From Catajapyx aquilonaris (taxonomy: Eukaryota), in the NCBI GenBank assembly GCA_000934665.2, contig JYFJ02001685.1, positions 1 to 64,000 of the forward strand: a DNA stretch of 64,000 nucleotides, written 5' to 3'. Both the position numbers and the translations under genes were made by a program. This document shows, piece by piece, positions 11,301 through 25,059 of this stretch; the stretch's first letter is position 1, and the number at the start of each line of letters is the position of its first letter. Under the pieces are notes generated by a model. That model was not told the DNA's origin and did no database searches. It worked only from the letters and a program-made list of their open reading frames with translations.

Positions 11301-14300
11301 ACATAAGCCGCATAACCAAGGCGCCATAGTATTTCAATGATTACGTTGTTAATGGGACTCCAACACCGCTAACATTCTTTTCTTCCATGCACGTGTATTA
11401 GCAGGCGTCACTCGGAAGTGTGCATGCACTACGGCTATTACTGGCCTTTTCTTAGAAACGATATGGAAGTCAGACGGGTAGGGGGAAATGAGATGGGATG
11501 ATAGTGCTTTGTCGTGACCCACATATTCATGAGATAAGGTGGGCTTCACACATGGTGCATTGACCACATTTGGGTTTAAGAAGGCTGTAAAAGATTACCT
11601 ATTTTTGGCATACCCTCATTGGCTTACGTGTTGATTTATTTAGAGTGGTAGGATCTTATAACTATACCGCAGTGTTCAATACTGCATATGTATTCCATCG
11701 ATTCTTTCCTACCAATTGGTGCAGTAATAACAGTGTTCATTGATGTAAACGAGCTTATTTCTGCCGTGTTTATGTGCTTATTGTTGGCGCATCTACAGTG
11801 CAGATCAATTGGTGGCCCTGGTATAGCCACTATGGCGACGTAGCGAGGAAGCTCGATCAGAGTGCACGAAAGCTTGGCATTGATTCATGTATTCCTGTAT
11901 AGTCAGGTTCAAGGCCCCGTCATTTTTTGAGACCGTTTTAAAAATGTGTCTGGACAGGGACATGTACGGCTGTCTACGTACTTCTGAGGCGTTATTATTT
12001 ATTGAGTGAATGTGAGGAGGAGGGTGTCACGCAGGTCGGAAGCAGGGTTGATTTATTGGCGCAAAATGCCGCGAATTTGTGACGTGACTTCAACAAGGAA
12101 GGTTGTTTTGGACAATAAAGTAAAAGGCGCGTAAGGGAACTCGGAAAGTTGGTTGTCACGTCAGAGGAATGGGTTTTGCAAGATGTTGCATTTCAGGGGT
12201 GTACAGGGGGCTTTCGAAAATGCATCGGGAGCCCGATCGTATTATGGCGGGGGGGGNGGGAACGGGACATGATTGGATAAAGGCCTGGTTTGGGGGGGGG
12301 AGGGGGGGGTGTTTCCCCCATTTTTAAAATTCCAAGGTCATGGGGAAAGTGCGGATTTTTGCCGTTTTCGGAAAACATCCATCCGTTTTTTGCAATAGAC
12401 ATGAGGGAGCTTTTTTCAATTTTTAACAAGTTTAGTTTTAACCATTAAGAATCTGTTTACACCAATATTTCCAGCTCTTTTACAGCACTAACACCTTGCT
12501 CTACTAAGTGAACGTTGCCATTTCTTGCATTAATAGTAGCGTTCTATTTCAGACCTTGAATTGAAATTGTATGCTCCACTGAGCATCACACAGGAGCAAC
12601 AACTACTGCAGGAAAGGATAAGTGAGTTGCAGAATGAGCTGCAAGAAAAGAAAAAGGAATGTGCAGAACTTCAATTGGTGTTGGCTAACAAGGAGAAGGT
12701 TATTGAAGAGCTCAAGGTGCACATCAGTTGGAAGGAAGTGGAAGTGAAGAATGAGCTGACTTCCAAGATACTTAAAATAGGAAAGCTGCAAGCTGAATTA
12801 AATGAGCAGAAAGATACGATGCTGCAAGTCATTGGTCGGATGAAGCAGGTACGTCTTATTTCTGGAGCGAGAAATCCAATTCTCAGAGGGATTTACTGAA
12901 AGAATATGATATTCTTTGGGAGTCTGTGGGTGTGTCATAATGGAATTTGGCTAATATGAAACAGATGTTAGTTTTGCATCTAGTCCAGGAATCATAAAAT
13001 GTTGTAATTCAAATTTTCATCGTAACAGGCAGTAACCGTAGTTACTAATAATTAACTAACTATGGTTATGACCGGTTACGATGTAAATTTGACTTACGAC
13101 ATTTGATGAATCCACACCCTTAAGCTTAAACCCTTAATAATAATTAGTTACTACACTATACTTTAGTATTTTGAAGTTCCAATTTTGTTGTAAATTTGAG
13201 TGTAGTACGACGGCTTGTCGGAATGTACGTTTCGATGCCATGCGATGGACAGGATACAATAGAGCATGAGTAGGTACGTTGATCCTTCCTCTACTTTATA
13301 GGATGGGCAGGTGCCTTCTTGCAACTTATGCACAGGCACGGCAGCTGTCGGACGAGACCTAATGGCGAGCCGAGCATGCCTACCCACATTCCGCCAGGAA
13401 ATGTAGTGCCAGACAAAGAGTGTTGGTCACATGGACCAAGGAAGAAGTTAGGACACTTGAGGACACTGTCAGTAACTGCAGTGGCCGGTAGTCCGGGTCT
13501 CTGGTTGTCCTTAACACTCGCGAGCTTTATTACAAAATTGCTGGCACCATATCGCCACATGATTTGCTCAGACATGACATCTCTGGACCGTACACTCCAC
13601 TTCCCAGAGATGGATTCCATATGTCAAATGTCGACCACTGGTAGCGAACATCTGCCCTCACTTCTGCCTTAATTCATGTGATCAAAACTCTCTGTCTGGC
13701 ATGACTTTTCCTGGCTGAATGTGGGCAGGCACACTCGGCTCGCCACTCAGTCTCGTGCAACAGCTGCCACGCCTCTGCATAAGTTGCAAGAAGGCGCCTA
13801 CCCATCCTATAAAGTAGACGAAGGATGAATGCACCTGCTCTTGCTCGTTTTAATCATGTCACTCAAAGAGTTAGTACTGTTACTCTCAATGAAAATTGTG
13901 TGAACTGGTTTTCTTATCATGGAAAAACAATCATTTTGCCATAATCCTGGGCACTACACACATACAGTATTTTCACAGGAGAGTTCCACTTCAGATATAC
14001 TTCCTAAATGTAAGCTGTAGATTTCTTTCACCCTCTTTATCCAATTCCTAATTTTGGACTAAAGCAGGAATTCAAATCTGCTGTCCTGCAGAAAAAAAGA
14101 CACATTTCCATGAGGTTTTGCTTTCCTTAGACTTGCCTCGCCTTATCACCTAGATCACAACTTGTGCAGGTGTGCCTTTTTCTATAAGACGTCAGAAATG
14201 TCCCCTTACATACATGGTTTAAGCAGTGACATTTTACTGACATTTTACACACTCTTTTAGGTGCTGTGGTGCGTAGAGCAGCATGCCAGTGTCAAATGAG

Positions 14301-16154
14301 GGTTACGGGAGGCTGGTACCCTGGGATACCATTCCTGGTTTTAGTGGGGTTGTTTTTCTCAAGCAGTGCTTTCTTGACGTTGACCACAATTGTTTTCTGG
14401 GGCAGTTTCTCTCTAAAATCACTCCAAATGAGCAAATGCATATAATAATAATTTGGTACAGTGCGTACCCTAGGTGAGTACCTCTCGAGGTTTTGCACAG
14501 ACCTTTATTGCCAGAAGATAGTACAGTTTGTCATGTTTCGACGAAGCGCCCCGGTCCGGGGGCAAGGTGACTGGGAGGGGATGTGCAATGTGCAGTGCAA
14601 TGTCGGCTATATGGTCATTTTGTGAGCTCCCTGAATGGTTCGTCTATCGGAAATCCCACCCTAGACGAAGCCGGAGACGACCCCGAACTTCGCACGAGAT
14701 GAAAGGGGGGAATGCCCGGGCTTAGGATCGAACCCGGGACCCTTCCATCCGTGGGCGCAAGTTATATGATGCATATAAAAGCATATTCAGTGGGCCCTTT
14801 GTATATACTGCGGATTCCTTCCTGGACCTCCCGTGGATACCAAAATTTACAGATGCCCCTTGTGTAAAATGGCAAAGTGTATATAATCTGAAATCTACAC
14901 TCATCCTCCTTACTACTTAAAATTATATCTCGAGATTATTTATACCTAATATGTAAATTCTCTGTAAATATAAGGGTCATTCAAAAGCATGAGCCAAAGG
15001 TCACAGTAGAAAGATGCAATGTACCATCAGGTGCTCAAAATGATGGAGACATTGAAACCAAATGCAAAATCGTCTCTCTTTTTGAGCAATATAGCACCTT
15101 AACAATAATCACCATGGATATTAAGGCACTCATCCCACTGTGACACCAGATGATCGATACCTCTTACGTAGAAGGTAGTGACTTTCTGGCAGAACCATTC
15201 TCAAACAGCATCCTGCACCTATTTGCCCTAGTGAAATCTGTGACTGGCAGATGCTTCTTCAGCTCCACAAAAATGTAAAAGTCACAGTGGGACAAATTCA
15301 GACAATTAGCATGGACAATTTAGTAACAATAGTAATGGACAATTAGTAAAAGCTGATTAATTTCAATTAACATGGCCTTCTCTGTAATACTGAATGGTAA
15401 TTTTAAGTCTGTAAAATTGCAGATTTTCTAATGACTACATTTTCAATAGGTTCATGTTGAAGCTTCCCTGTTGACATCTGATCCACCACTGCAAAAGGCA
15501 CCACCACTGCAAAAGCCACCGCCACACCCGGTGTCCAAGTCAGCTCCCAAGACCCGCCACCCGTTGCCTGCAGCCAGCAACTATTCACACCAAGGTGGCA
15601 GAGATAATAACCCCCCAGCAGGCCCTCGAATTCTCCCAACACCTCCAAAGACTACCCCAGTGCACCCCCACTATGCTTATCCTCCTCCGCATCTACAGTC
15701 CCGCACTCGCAACTCCCCAGTGGCATCACATATACACCAGAGGCTGCTTCCCAGGAGGTCTCTTCCTGGAACTGGGCGATTTGATGAGATGGACAAGGCA
15801 ACAGTCAACTTTGCTCAAGGAAAGAAAGGATCTGCCAAGTCAATATCCAGCCTCACTGGTGCGGAGGGGAAGACGCTGCCACTTGACTTCAAGTCAAGCG
15901 TAGCTACTCTTCCACCACTGGCGGGATCAGCTCGAAATAAACCTAAAGGGATCCAAAGAGGGACAGGTCCGGTTAGAATTGCACCCAATGTGCCCAGGAG
16001 GGGACAGGCTAGGTCAGATTCAGTGGTGGCCAAGGCAGCAGCAAGCTCAACAATACAGATTGGACCTCTTGGACCTATGGTTGTTGAACATGTATCACCA
16101 GAACATCCAACGAGGGACTGTCGAGTGAAGACTGAGCACTTTCCTTCCGAGTAG
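5387..16154 (+). CDS. CCDC92: CCDC92-like coiled-coil protein (~371 aa; the N-terminus could extend further upstream)
   Basis: Exons 5387-5501, 12553-12848, 15450-16154 join in phase. MESDLKSAQSALAYLQQEHTVVLTGLHEEIRILQRKCN|DLELKL matches the CCDC92/74 N-terminal motif (xLQxEHxxxLxGLHxEIxxLQxxCxDL). A long coiled coil and a Pro/basic tail with TLPPL follow. Confidence 0.85.
5840..6080. mobile_element. Sola-like MITE, copy 1
   Basis: TIR GAGGGATGTGGTGGA...TCCACCACACCCCTC, 4-bp TSD AAAT; inverted homologous copy at 16735-16980. Confidence 0.75.
6258..6368. mobile_element. hAT-like double-hairpin MITE, copy 2 (inverted relative to 317-426)
   Basis: Same TIRs as 317-426; 8-bp TSD GATAAACC (6250-6257, 6369-6376). 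Confidence 0.9.
6700..7190 (-). pseudogene. Decayed Tc1/mariner-superfamily (maT/DD37D-like) transposase
   Basis: Minus strand reads YIFQQDGALPHF*, GWIGR and AWPPRLPDLILLDFILWGFVK* (cf. FQQDGAPPH...WIGR...WPPRSPDLTPLDFFLWG), with stops and frameshifts. Boundaries approximate. Confidence 0.85.
7618..7854. mobile_element. Tc1/mariner-type MITE (CAGGGTG family), copy 1
   Basis: TA|CAGGGTGTTCCAAG...CTTGGAACACCCTG|TA; inverted related copy at 28068-28308. Confidence 0.85.
7958..8135 (-). pseudogene. Mariner transposase C-terminal relic
   Basis: Minus strand YHLFGPIKKHLACQHFSDNEEVKEAV...FFRSAVEKLLSWWEQCINVYGGYVDK*. Confidence 0.85.
8685..8955 (+). pseudogene. Mariner transposase catalytic-domain relic
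   Basis: VVLLHDNALPH...GWDIMQHQSCRPNLAPSNYRL (cf. LLHDNARPH...WEVLPHPPYSPDLAPSDYHL), with in-frame stops. Confidence 0.85.
9589..9826. repeat. ~36-40-bp minisatellite: about four direct units followed by about two inverted units
   Basis: Unit approximately GGTGAATTATTATCCATGAGGAGGATTAATCTNCTA; reverse-complement units GATTAATCCTCCTCATGGATA start at ~9747. Confidence 0.8.
13262..13847. mobile_element. Foldback/MITE with ~160-bp imperfect TIRs
   Basis: 13262-13420 (...CTACTTTATAGGATGGGCAGGTGCCTTCTTGCAACTTATGCA...) is the reverse complement of 13688-13847; no TSD resolved. Confidence 0.75.
14530..14762 (-). mobile_element. Probable tRNA-derived SINE (5'-truncated)
   Basis: Minus strand GGTCCCGGGTTCGATCC is a B-box/T-arm, followed by a GC-rich body; no complete cloverleaf and no TSD seen. 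Confidence 0.5.
14969..15300 (-). pseudogene. Mariner element 3' relic
   Basis: Minus strand FYVRGIDHLVSQWDECLNIHGDYC* is a typical mariner C-terminus; decayed TIR-like TATAAGGGTCATTCAAAA near 14969. Confidence 0.75.
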
Positions 16155-16734
16155 TTGATTTATTGTACTTGATTTATTGCAATGAAGGCAACAATTGGAT
16201 GTGAGTCCCTCCAAAGTGAATCAGATTTACTGTCTTGTGCATCATATACACCGATTGATATACCAAAGAAGGGGTGGGCTGTGTTTGTGGTACCCCATGT
16301 GTTTTGGACAAGCCTTTTTGATTTCATATGAGTCAGGGAAATAAATTATGATATTATTAAATCTCTTTTTTAACAGTGCTATTTATATTATTGGAAGTTG
16401 GAGCATTATTGATTTGGGGGCATGTGATGTATGCAGCTCATTGAGAACAAGCGTGTATGAGTGTTTTCATGCATAAGTTGTTCTTTTGTTTTGCAGCCAA
16501 TCATGGTATAGTGGCTCACTTCACATGAGAGTCTTATCATCTCTGAGGTTGAATTTAATCCCCAGGTTGTTGGGATTTTCTTGGGATTCCTCTCCTTTTT
16601 CTCACTGCCCAATGATCCATCTTTCTTTTCCCCATCATGCCTGCCCCAATACTGCCCAATAATGTGATTACGACCATCATATTTGTCCAAGTGATTTCTA
16701 TGTAAACATGGAATGTTCTTGGCATACATCATTT

Positions 16735-16980
16735 GAGGGGTGTGGTGGAAAAAGGTGATAACCCTCATTTTGTCATTTTTGACGCCAACACCTAGCAACT
16801 ATGTAAAGGACATGACAAACAGTTTGGTATACTCAAAGTTCACATATCATGCACTATACGGCAACACGGGCTAGATCAAAACCGCATTCCCTATGATTTG
16901 TGAAGAGAATGCAAACTTAAATTCACTCTCCTGAAAAATTATGCTTTTGTGGATTATCACCTTTTTCCACCACATCCCTC
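16735..16980. mobile_element. Sola-like MITE, copy 2
   Basis: GAGGGGTGTGGTGGAAAAA...TTTTTCCACCACATCCCTC with ATTT on both flanks; inverted homolog of 5840-6080. Confidence 0.75.
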
Positions 16981-17089
16981 ATTTTTGTTGATGTCCTCAA
17001 GAACTCAGCCTCATAATTGAGGCTGACTGTTGCCAACGTGTAGGATGCGGGATTTTGCATGCTGCATCAGCTTTTGGTGGTTTTAAACC

Positions 17090-18152
17090 ATGGGTGATCT
17101 AATCAAGTTCAATTCCAAGGTCTGGATGTCAGATAGTGGTGTCATGTGAGACATATAGGACAAGCTTTCCCAAAAGTTGGAACAGCTGAGACCCAAGATA
17201 AAGAGATGCATTTGTTCAGTTATCTACCATATCGTAAGAAATTTCTAGGAGGTATTCAGACACAAGTGGAGCAATCTTTGCTTGGAAACAGCCGAAATGA
17301 TCGAGGTAAAGGCACGAAAAATTGTCTCTCTCTCTCTGAGTGGATTGGCACAGGCTGCAAGTTCATTGAACTGTTTGTATTGATCACTGATGGTTAGGAA
17401 AATGTAGTCTTTTTATTGACAGGAAAGCATCAGCCTACTGCGGAAGGAAGCCAAAAGAAATTTGAAACTTCTGTGGGTGAGTGTTCTTAATGACTAGTAA
17501 CTTATTTTTTGCCTGCTCTAGGTTCAAGGACATTGTTATTTCAATTAGTGCTTTTAGCATGTGACGAACTTCAAGATAATTAGACACTGGTAAACTGAGC
17601 CTCATAATTTGCATAATTACAGTCATCTACATTTTCCTACTTACGTATTAGCATTCCTTAATCTTGTAATATTTTTCTGACAACAACAGTATACATTCAG
17701 ACAAAAATTAGTGCTTATTGCAATACTGTCTTATTTTCTCATTGAAGGTTCTCCTGATCATTCTGGCTGGAGTAAATGTGTGCATTGTACTCTTCCTGGT
17801 GGGCTGCACATATCTGTATGAAGAGACACCCTTAATGCCATCTTATTACAATTTGAGCTCGACAACATCCAAGTCTGCTTTCCTACCAGAAACTGTCGTA
17901 ATTGAGAGCAACATTTCTTTACCTGAAGATTCTTCCATCTGTGGATTTGTGGCCATTTGGGAAGCACAACTGATTGGCCTTCTTGACTTGGCTGTGATCA
18001 TTGGTATATTTTTCTTGTGTTATGAGCGCAAAGAGCATTCGTTCGAGCCCAACTTGACATTACCTACTGTTGTGTCAGAAGAAGACCAACACATTGTTTC
18101 CACCAACTACTACACCTATCCCATATGGAATAACAACTCACACAAAATGTAA
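17090..18152 (+). CDS. Uncharacterised ~181-aa protein with two predicted TM helices
   Basis: Exons 17090-17119, 17249-17305, 17423-17476, 17748-18152, all phase-0 GT-AG and stop-free. Hydrophobic segments VLLIILAGVNVCIVLFLVGC and LIGLLDLAVIIGIFFLC. First exon is the least certain. Confidence 0.6.
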
Positions 18153-20797
18153 CATTTGACCATGGCAACTGAATTGCTTTACACTTTAGTTACCGGTATG
18201 TTAGAAGAATTGGTAAATTTTTGTAGCTGACAAAGGCTGTTGGTGTTACTTTTTTTTGTAAAGTGTAAGGGAATATTATTGTGGGCATTTTTATGCTGCC
18301 GCATGAACGTTCATTACCACGCACATATAGGGAGTGTGCTTATTTAATCAAGAAAAAAGAACCTGGGTAAGTCTCATCATAGGTGAGAATTTGATGGATT
18401 ATTATTATTTGGATGGAAAACAGTTGAACTTTCAGGATCTTGCCATGTGTCATGACATCTTGGTTTCTAAAAACATTTGACATGCCCCCATTATGATGGT
18501 TGCAGTTAAAATCCACAGGAAAATTTAAAAGCATTTTTGTGTATAAAGGGTTACCCAAAGAGCTTATAGTTCCCAAAGTAGCCTACCTTATAGTTGGAAC
18601 TATGATCTCTTTGGGGTTACCTCAGCATGATATACAGTACAACTTGCCAGGAGCGGAGTATTACTTCACTCTGCAGAATTTTTCCTACTCTGTAGGTCTT
18701 CACAGCATGCGACCGAAACAGACTGACGATAATGCACTGTCAATAAATAAAAATGCAATGGCAAGGTTCCGTTACATTCAGGATCTGTCACATGCAAGTT
18801 TTATTGTATAAAACTGACGCCTCTATCGTAAAATATAAATGGTTAATAAAGGTAACAGCATTTACAGAGAAGGCAAGCTTGTAACTTGGTGACCATGTGA
18901 AACCTCCTTCAAATAGGGCGGGTTGCATAGGATAGTATCGGCTGACGATGGCAGTAGTAGGTTAACAGCTGTGATTAGGGTTCTCGGCTGCTGTACACTG
19001 TACAGTTGTACTAGTACAGTACCCACGGGTGGGAGTGCGGGGCAGGTGGTGCAGACACCATTACGGGAGGGATCGGCCACACCGATTCACCCAGTGCCCT
19101 TGGGGGGAGGACGTCCAGACACACCGGCCCAGTCTCTGGAGGGGGCAGGCGGGCACCTCCTCCCATACCTCATCCTGACCGGACCTGACTGTATACGTGC
19201 GTGTGTGTACCGCAGGACGCACTCTCCCTGCAGGCCTCCCCGGTGAGTATACGTAACCCACACCACACGCGCCTATCAGGCAAAGCAGGTGTTCACACAA
19301 GTGGACCTGTCAAGTGCAGTTACTGACAAGTGCATGCACCTGTAGGCTTATTCCTGCCCTCCTTCACTTATCAGCAGTGGTGAGTGGGCCGAAAAAGGTT
19401 TTTTTTTAGGTAGTGCTTACAACCTGCATGTCTGGTGTGACTTGGTAGGTGATGTCATTTCTAGGAGTGCCACAAGGATTTCCTTTTTCACATGGGACTG
19501 GTTGCGATCAAGCAGGAGGCATGAAGGGAAAGGGGCAAATGGGCAGCACAACCAGGAAGGGACTTGTGGTTGCGGATGATTGAGACTGTGTGTCCACCTG
19601 CATATCTATGTGTTTTGCAATTTGTTTGGACTGGATTGATACCACCTTTGTCACTTGCATAGTAATGACGACATTGGGCACATCAGTCTGAACTTTGAAA
19701 AAACCAGATTATGTAACTGGCCAACTTGTGCATACCACTCCTGGTGTACATGGCATACCAGGATCCCTTGGGTGTAATTTGGTGGAGTAAAAGTGTGCTG
19801 TAACTTTGTGGTGACAGGCTGTAATGAGCAGTAGATCCTTGTCTAACTTGTAAGTGGTCATTTGTCTCCAAGCATCTGTTTTCTGAAGTTTCAGGTCCCT
19901 TTCCAAATGTGACCATCTTGGAAGGTTTCTGAACTAACTAAAGAAAGTTTACTCCAGCGCAACTCATCCTCTTCATCGTGTGAACAAATTTCATCCTGTC
20001 AGTTTCACCTTGTAGTCTATATTTCAAAATCAAAATCTCATTATTAAGTTTTACATTGGTCCTCGAGTTCCAAAATAATAGTTTGTTTCACTACTTTGTG
20101 GACATCATTAGAGGAATGACACTTGTTTCCTGGGAGGTCCAGCCAGTTTGGTATTTGCATTACAATAATTGGTGTACTTAATATAATTTGCTGCCTTCAT
20201 AACAGATGAAAACTAATGACACCTCAAGTGGAATTATTCAGTAATGATGGTGTTGAGAACATATGATTATGACTTGAGAAACATGGATGGCACCACAAAA
20301 AATAATAATTAAAGTGTCACTTGAAGCAATTTCAGTATTCTGCCTTTTATGTAACTAATTGAAGTGAGTAAATGAAGCATGGCAGTTAAAGTTTACCAAG
20401 TTCAATATACGTGTTCATATAATTTATGGTTTTACCACCTTTTCATATTGAAAGTTGCGAGTGTGTTTGCATTGCCAAAGTCCTCGCTGAAGCTTCACCA
20501 TTGTGTAATGTTACATAACAAGAAATCTCATGATAACATGCTTTGCAGAGGAACTTGTGAGTAACATCGGATGTGCTCCAATAGCAATCCATAAACTTGA
20601 TAATGGCCTCAGAATGGCAGGTAATCTGAGAAGCCTGTTGAGAATAAGTTGTAATAAAAAATTTCTCCTTATCAGTCAGGGGTGTACATTTACGGGGGCC
20701 ATATTTTGTAACAGTTCTGAGATGCAATGAAGAATTTAAATTTGACCAGTATTATATCCTTCGTGTTTCTTTTTCATTTTCAGATAATTTTGACACC

Positions 20798-22778
20798 ATG
20801 ACTGCTTCAAATGGTGCCATTGTGTCAGAAGAGCATAAAAACTTCTTCTCCAGCCTGCCCCATCCGTGGCCAGAACTTGATGCAGATGGAAAAATAGATA
20901 CAGTTCAATTTCTCAATGCTGCTACTGGAATAGTTGACTTCTTTGGTAGGTTCAACGTCACTGTATATTTTCTGGAGTAGTTGTTAATGACATTACTGAC
21001 TTTTGTTAATTAGCACTGGTTGGGAAGGTCTTTAATCCAATCAAGTATGACATCAGTGGAAACATAGAGGTTTGTTGAGTCATTTCATTCAGTTATGACT
21101 TTTTTTTTATTCGGTATCTTGAACAGGCTGAAATGTTTATTTTCTTACTTTGTTGTGTCATACATGAACATCATGGTAAAATAAGATAAAATGTGATAGC
21201 AGTTTTATCTGCACCACTTGTTCCCAGACCTATTCATATCTGTTTACTTATAAATCCATCATTTTATCTTAGAAATTGAGAAAAAAGCATGCCATGGATC
21301 CTGAGAGATTCAGACTACTGAATGACATGATTTTAATTGAGAAGGAAAATGGAGAGCAGTATGCAACAGAATCACTTTTATGGCTGAAGCGGTGAGTTTT
21401 ATGCGTACAAGTTTAGGCTAACTACAAAGTGATGGGAACGATGTGCACTTCCTCTCAGCCATTAGCTCCATTGTGATTTTTTAAGATGAAAATACCCAAG
21501 TTTATTTTGGCAATTTCATCTCCACTGCACTGCAGAGAAAATCCCATACCAATTCTTCTGACGTCACCCATATGCTGGAGGATAGCATAACAAACGAGAT
21601 GTTCCTCAGCATTGAAATGGGTGACATCATGTGACTAGCTTGCTATTATCTCCATAATGGATGATATAGCGAAAATCAACCATAGTATTTTCCTTTTCAA
21701 AAATAACCACGAAACCAGGGGCTGAGAGGATGTTTCACACCACCCTGTACATACGTACACTCGTAGGCAATGCATGAAAGCTGTAATGTCAGTTTTTCTA
21801 TAGCTACATCAGTCTGTCACTTCAGATAATTATTTTGAATTTGATGTTTCCTTATTCAGGAAATGTTCAAAGAAGTAATAAGTACCGGTACTTTGATTAT
21901 TTTGCCGTTCATGTTACGGCTTAAGTGACTTGCACAATATTGTTTTCCTTATTTTTGGTAGAAACAGCCACAACTGCAATCAATCACTTTGAGTGTCACT
22001 ATTTCTGGTCCAATGTCTAATGCAGCTAGATAAGCAGCACTCACAAGTCAGTCTTATTGCACAATGCTGATACAGATTTTTTGCTAATGATCGTGTAGTA
22101 AAATTCAAAGTACAGGGTGCCTGAGTGATCTGTCTACTATCGGAAAGTTAATACCATTATAAGAGATAGTCTTTGAGACGACAGGCTCTGCTTTAATGGC
22201 CAAGGGATAGTAATTGTTGATAAATTTCCTGTAGCTGGAACATCAGCAATGCGGGTGTTTCTTTTGCTTCCTGACATTAGCATTATTGCACAATAAATGA
22301 GGATATCATGTACATGAATTTTTCTGTTCCAGAGCTTTGGAATTTGTGAGCATATTTCTATGGTGTGTTGTGGAAGACTATGAATCAGGTGCAAAATCAG
22401 ACAGCTTGGTCCCCTTTTCCCAAAAGGCATATGAAACTAGCCTGAAAAGGTACCACAGCTGGATGGTCCAAAAGCTTCACCAGGTCAGGGGCCTTTATTT
22501 CATTTTGTGCCACTCCCTGAATGGGCTGTGGGCCAGCATCTTCAATTCAATGCAGCTTGTGTAATGAAGAGTGACACTTTTTCCTTGAATTGCAGCTCAT
22601 TTCAAGAGCCCTTCCATGGAGAAAGGATTTTATGAGGTCACTAGCTGGCGGGAAAGAAGGCATGGATGACATTGTCATACGGAACACGAAGGAATTTCTG
22701 ACTGGGATGGACCAAAATGTTGCTGTAATTGTCGAGCTATACAAAACCCATGACCTTGAATCAGACGCCGTCGTGTAA
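20798..22778 (+). CDS. GLTP: Glycolipid transfer protein (218 aa)
   Basis: Exons 20798-20945, 21014-21069, 21273-21391, 22333-22483, 22596-22778. Motifs FNPIKYDISGNIEKL, ATESLLWLKRALEF, AYETSLKRYHSW. Probable non-coding first exon ends at donor 19242/19243. Confidence 0.95.
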
Positions 22779-25059
22779 AGGTGATGCAACACAACTCAAT
22801 CGATGGTGCTAACATTTTAAAGAAAAACTGGGATGTAGGGTTGATCATTTTTATCCAAAGTGTACTTATGCAGCTTTAAGAAGCCAACATGCTTGTTGTT
22901 CCAATAATGTCCGCTTTCCAACTTTTTACCGTTATTATTTTTTGCTCAAGACTTGGCAGTACAAAGGGAATTTGTTAATAGGAAAGCATGCAGCATAATC
23001 CATTTTTAATGAAGAGTCATATCCTGACGGGTTGTAAATAACTTACATTGAAGGTACATTGTAGGAATATAAAAGGATACCCAGTGATTGTAAGTACAAA
23101 TAATTTTGATTTTAATTTGTGTACATATTAATGACAATGACAGTTTTAAATTTATGCAATTGTCCAAATGTTCCAAAGACTACATTGACCAACCATTTCA
23201 GTTAATGAGTTTTTATTGTGCATATTACAAAATTGTACATCTCTGAGTTCATTACTGCCACTTTGCAATTAAATGCATTAAAAATGAAGTGTGCTGCAAT
23301 GGGGGTGCTTTTGTATTTGCATGTTAGCTCAGGGTTGTTGCAGAGCTTTTTACGAATAGATATATGTAATGGGAATACTATGGAATATTATACAATCCAT
23401 TTTGAAAAATGTTATGACACTTACACCAAGAACTGAGTCCTGTGGGTGGCTGTTATTCATGGTAGAAAGTTTGTAGTGATGCATTCAAATGAAGATAATT
23501 CAGGGACACTGTTTTTGTCCATTCTCAATTTAGTCACTGTTGCACTTTGATCATTTTACTTCTGGAAGGGGGCCATCCGTACATTGAAGAAAATGCAGAG
23601 GAGAATAAGCTATAGGTAATGGAGCGCAGCATGGTGAAACAGTGTGGAAGTGAGGCGTCCTGTGCGGCCATATAAGTCCGGATTTAATTGAGGATGCAAA
23701 GAAAATACTTGTACAATACATACATGTACGTACATCAGCATGAAAGTGTATCCATGCAAAGGAAGCCTTATCTTTGGCTAAGGAAATGCTGAAAGCAACA
23801 TCATTCACACATGTAATTTGGGAGCAGCAGATATACCGTACTTTTTCAAAGGGTTTGACCATGGGTGACACTTTATTAAGCAGGGTAGGAGCAGCCACAA
23901 AAATGCTGAAAATCCATATGATACACTGAGCAAGTTGGATATGGTGACTGATACTGCTGTATCTATTCAGGAAGTGGGAGTGATGCAGTGTCAAATACTG
24001 CGTGACAATTTCTGTACAGTGCCAAGGTGCAAATTGGGCAGTTCATCTGCAAAAGTTGGGGAGGACATGCATCAAAATATTTTAATGTGGAATACATTTG
24101 ATCGCCTTTCTGTATGAACAGTTCTCACATGTCTTGGTTTTATGGTTTGTAGGTTGTTCTTGTCCTGGCCTTTCACTGGCTGTACTCATGACAGCCTACT
24201 AAATGCACAGCAAATGCATATTACTAGCAGTTTTCTTATTGGGCACTCCCCCTTGACATTCCATTTCCAGCCACAAAATCACATGGCCCTCTGTCCTTCC
24301 CCACATTTGAGAAACTCACCCAACAGGCAACTAACCGCTGCACAGCAATTGTGGTCATACAATAACCACGACGGAACAGGACAAGGTGTTACGAGGGATT
24401 TGTAAGAATTGTGCCACTCTGTTTTATTAAGATATGTTAATGTTGATTTGTTTGCATGAGTCACAAGCTGCAGCTGTGATATCACATTAGCACTTACTCA
24501 GCATGGTGAAGGTTGTAAAGAGAATGTAGCATAACAAGGTTATGATGCAAAACCAAAATCATGATGCTTTACACATTGAAGTGTTTTATTTCATCACACA
24601 AAAGGGCGCTGATTATTTTTCCCACATTCATGACTGGGAAGAGCAGTGTGTGCTGTGGCATGCTGATGTTTCAAAATGAATCTGCTATTATAATAAAATT
24701 GCACATGACTTGTCATGGCTGTACCGTACGTGCAATATGCTGAAATGTCCCAGCCATGAACCATTTTGACTTTGGTGGCAGGTTCATCCAGAAACACTGC
24801 ATAATGACAGTCAAGTACAAATAGCATTACAAATTCGAGAGAAGTTCAATCACACACTCAAAATGTGATAAATCTTCATTTTCCACATCCTATTTGACTA
24901 TTTTAGGTGCCAAAATCTTGTGCAGTTAGGCACTTCTTAAGAAGCCTGGTGCCAGAGCAACCTGGCCCATTAAGGTCAGGTACAGGGTTGAGCTCTGAAG
25001 CTGGCTGCATCTTCATTGGTGCACATCACCTGACAGGTACAATTCTTATGGTCCAGATT

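Noticed and set aside
11064..11830. Nested minus-strand gene in the CCDC92 intron
   Set aside because: The short ORFs could not be joined into a coherent spliced model and show no recognisable homology.
23560..24110. Possible decayed transposase or gene between GLTP and TMEM17
   Set aside because: Coding-like stretches are interrupted by stops and show no motif I can identify with confidence.
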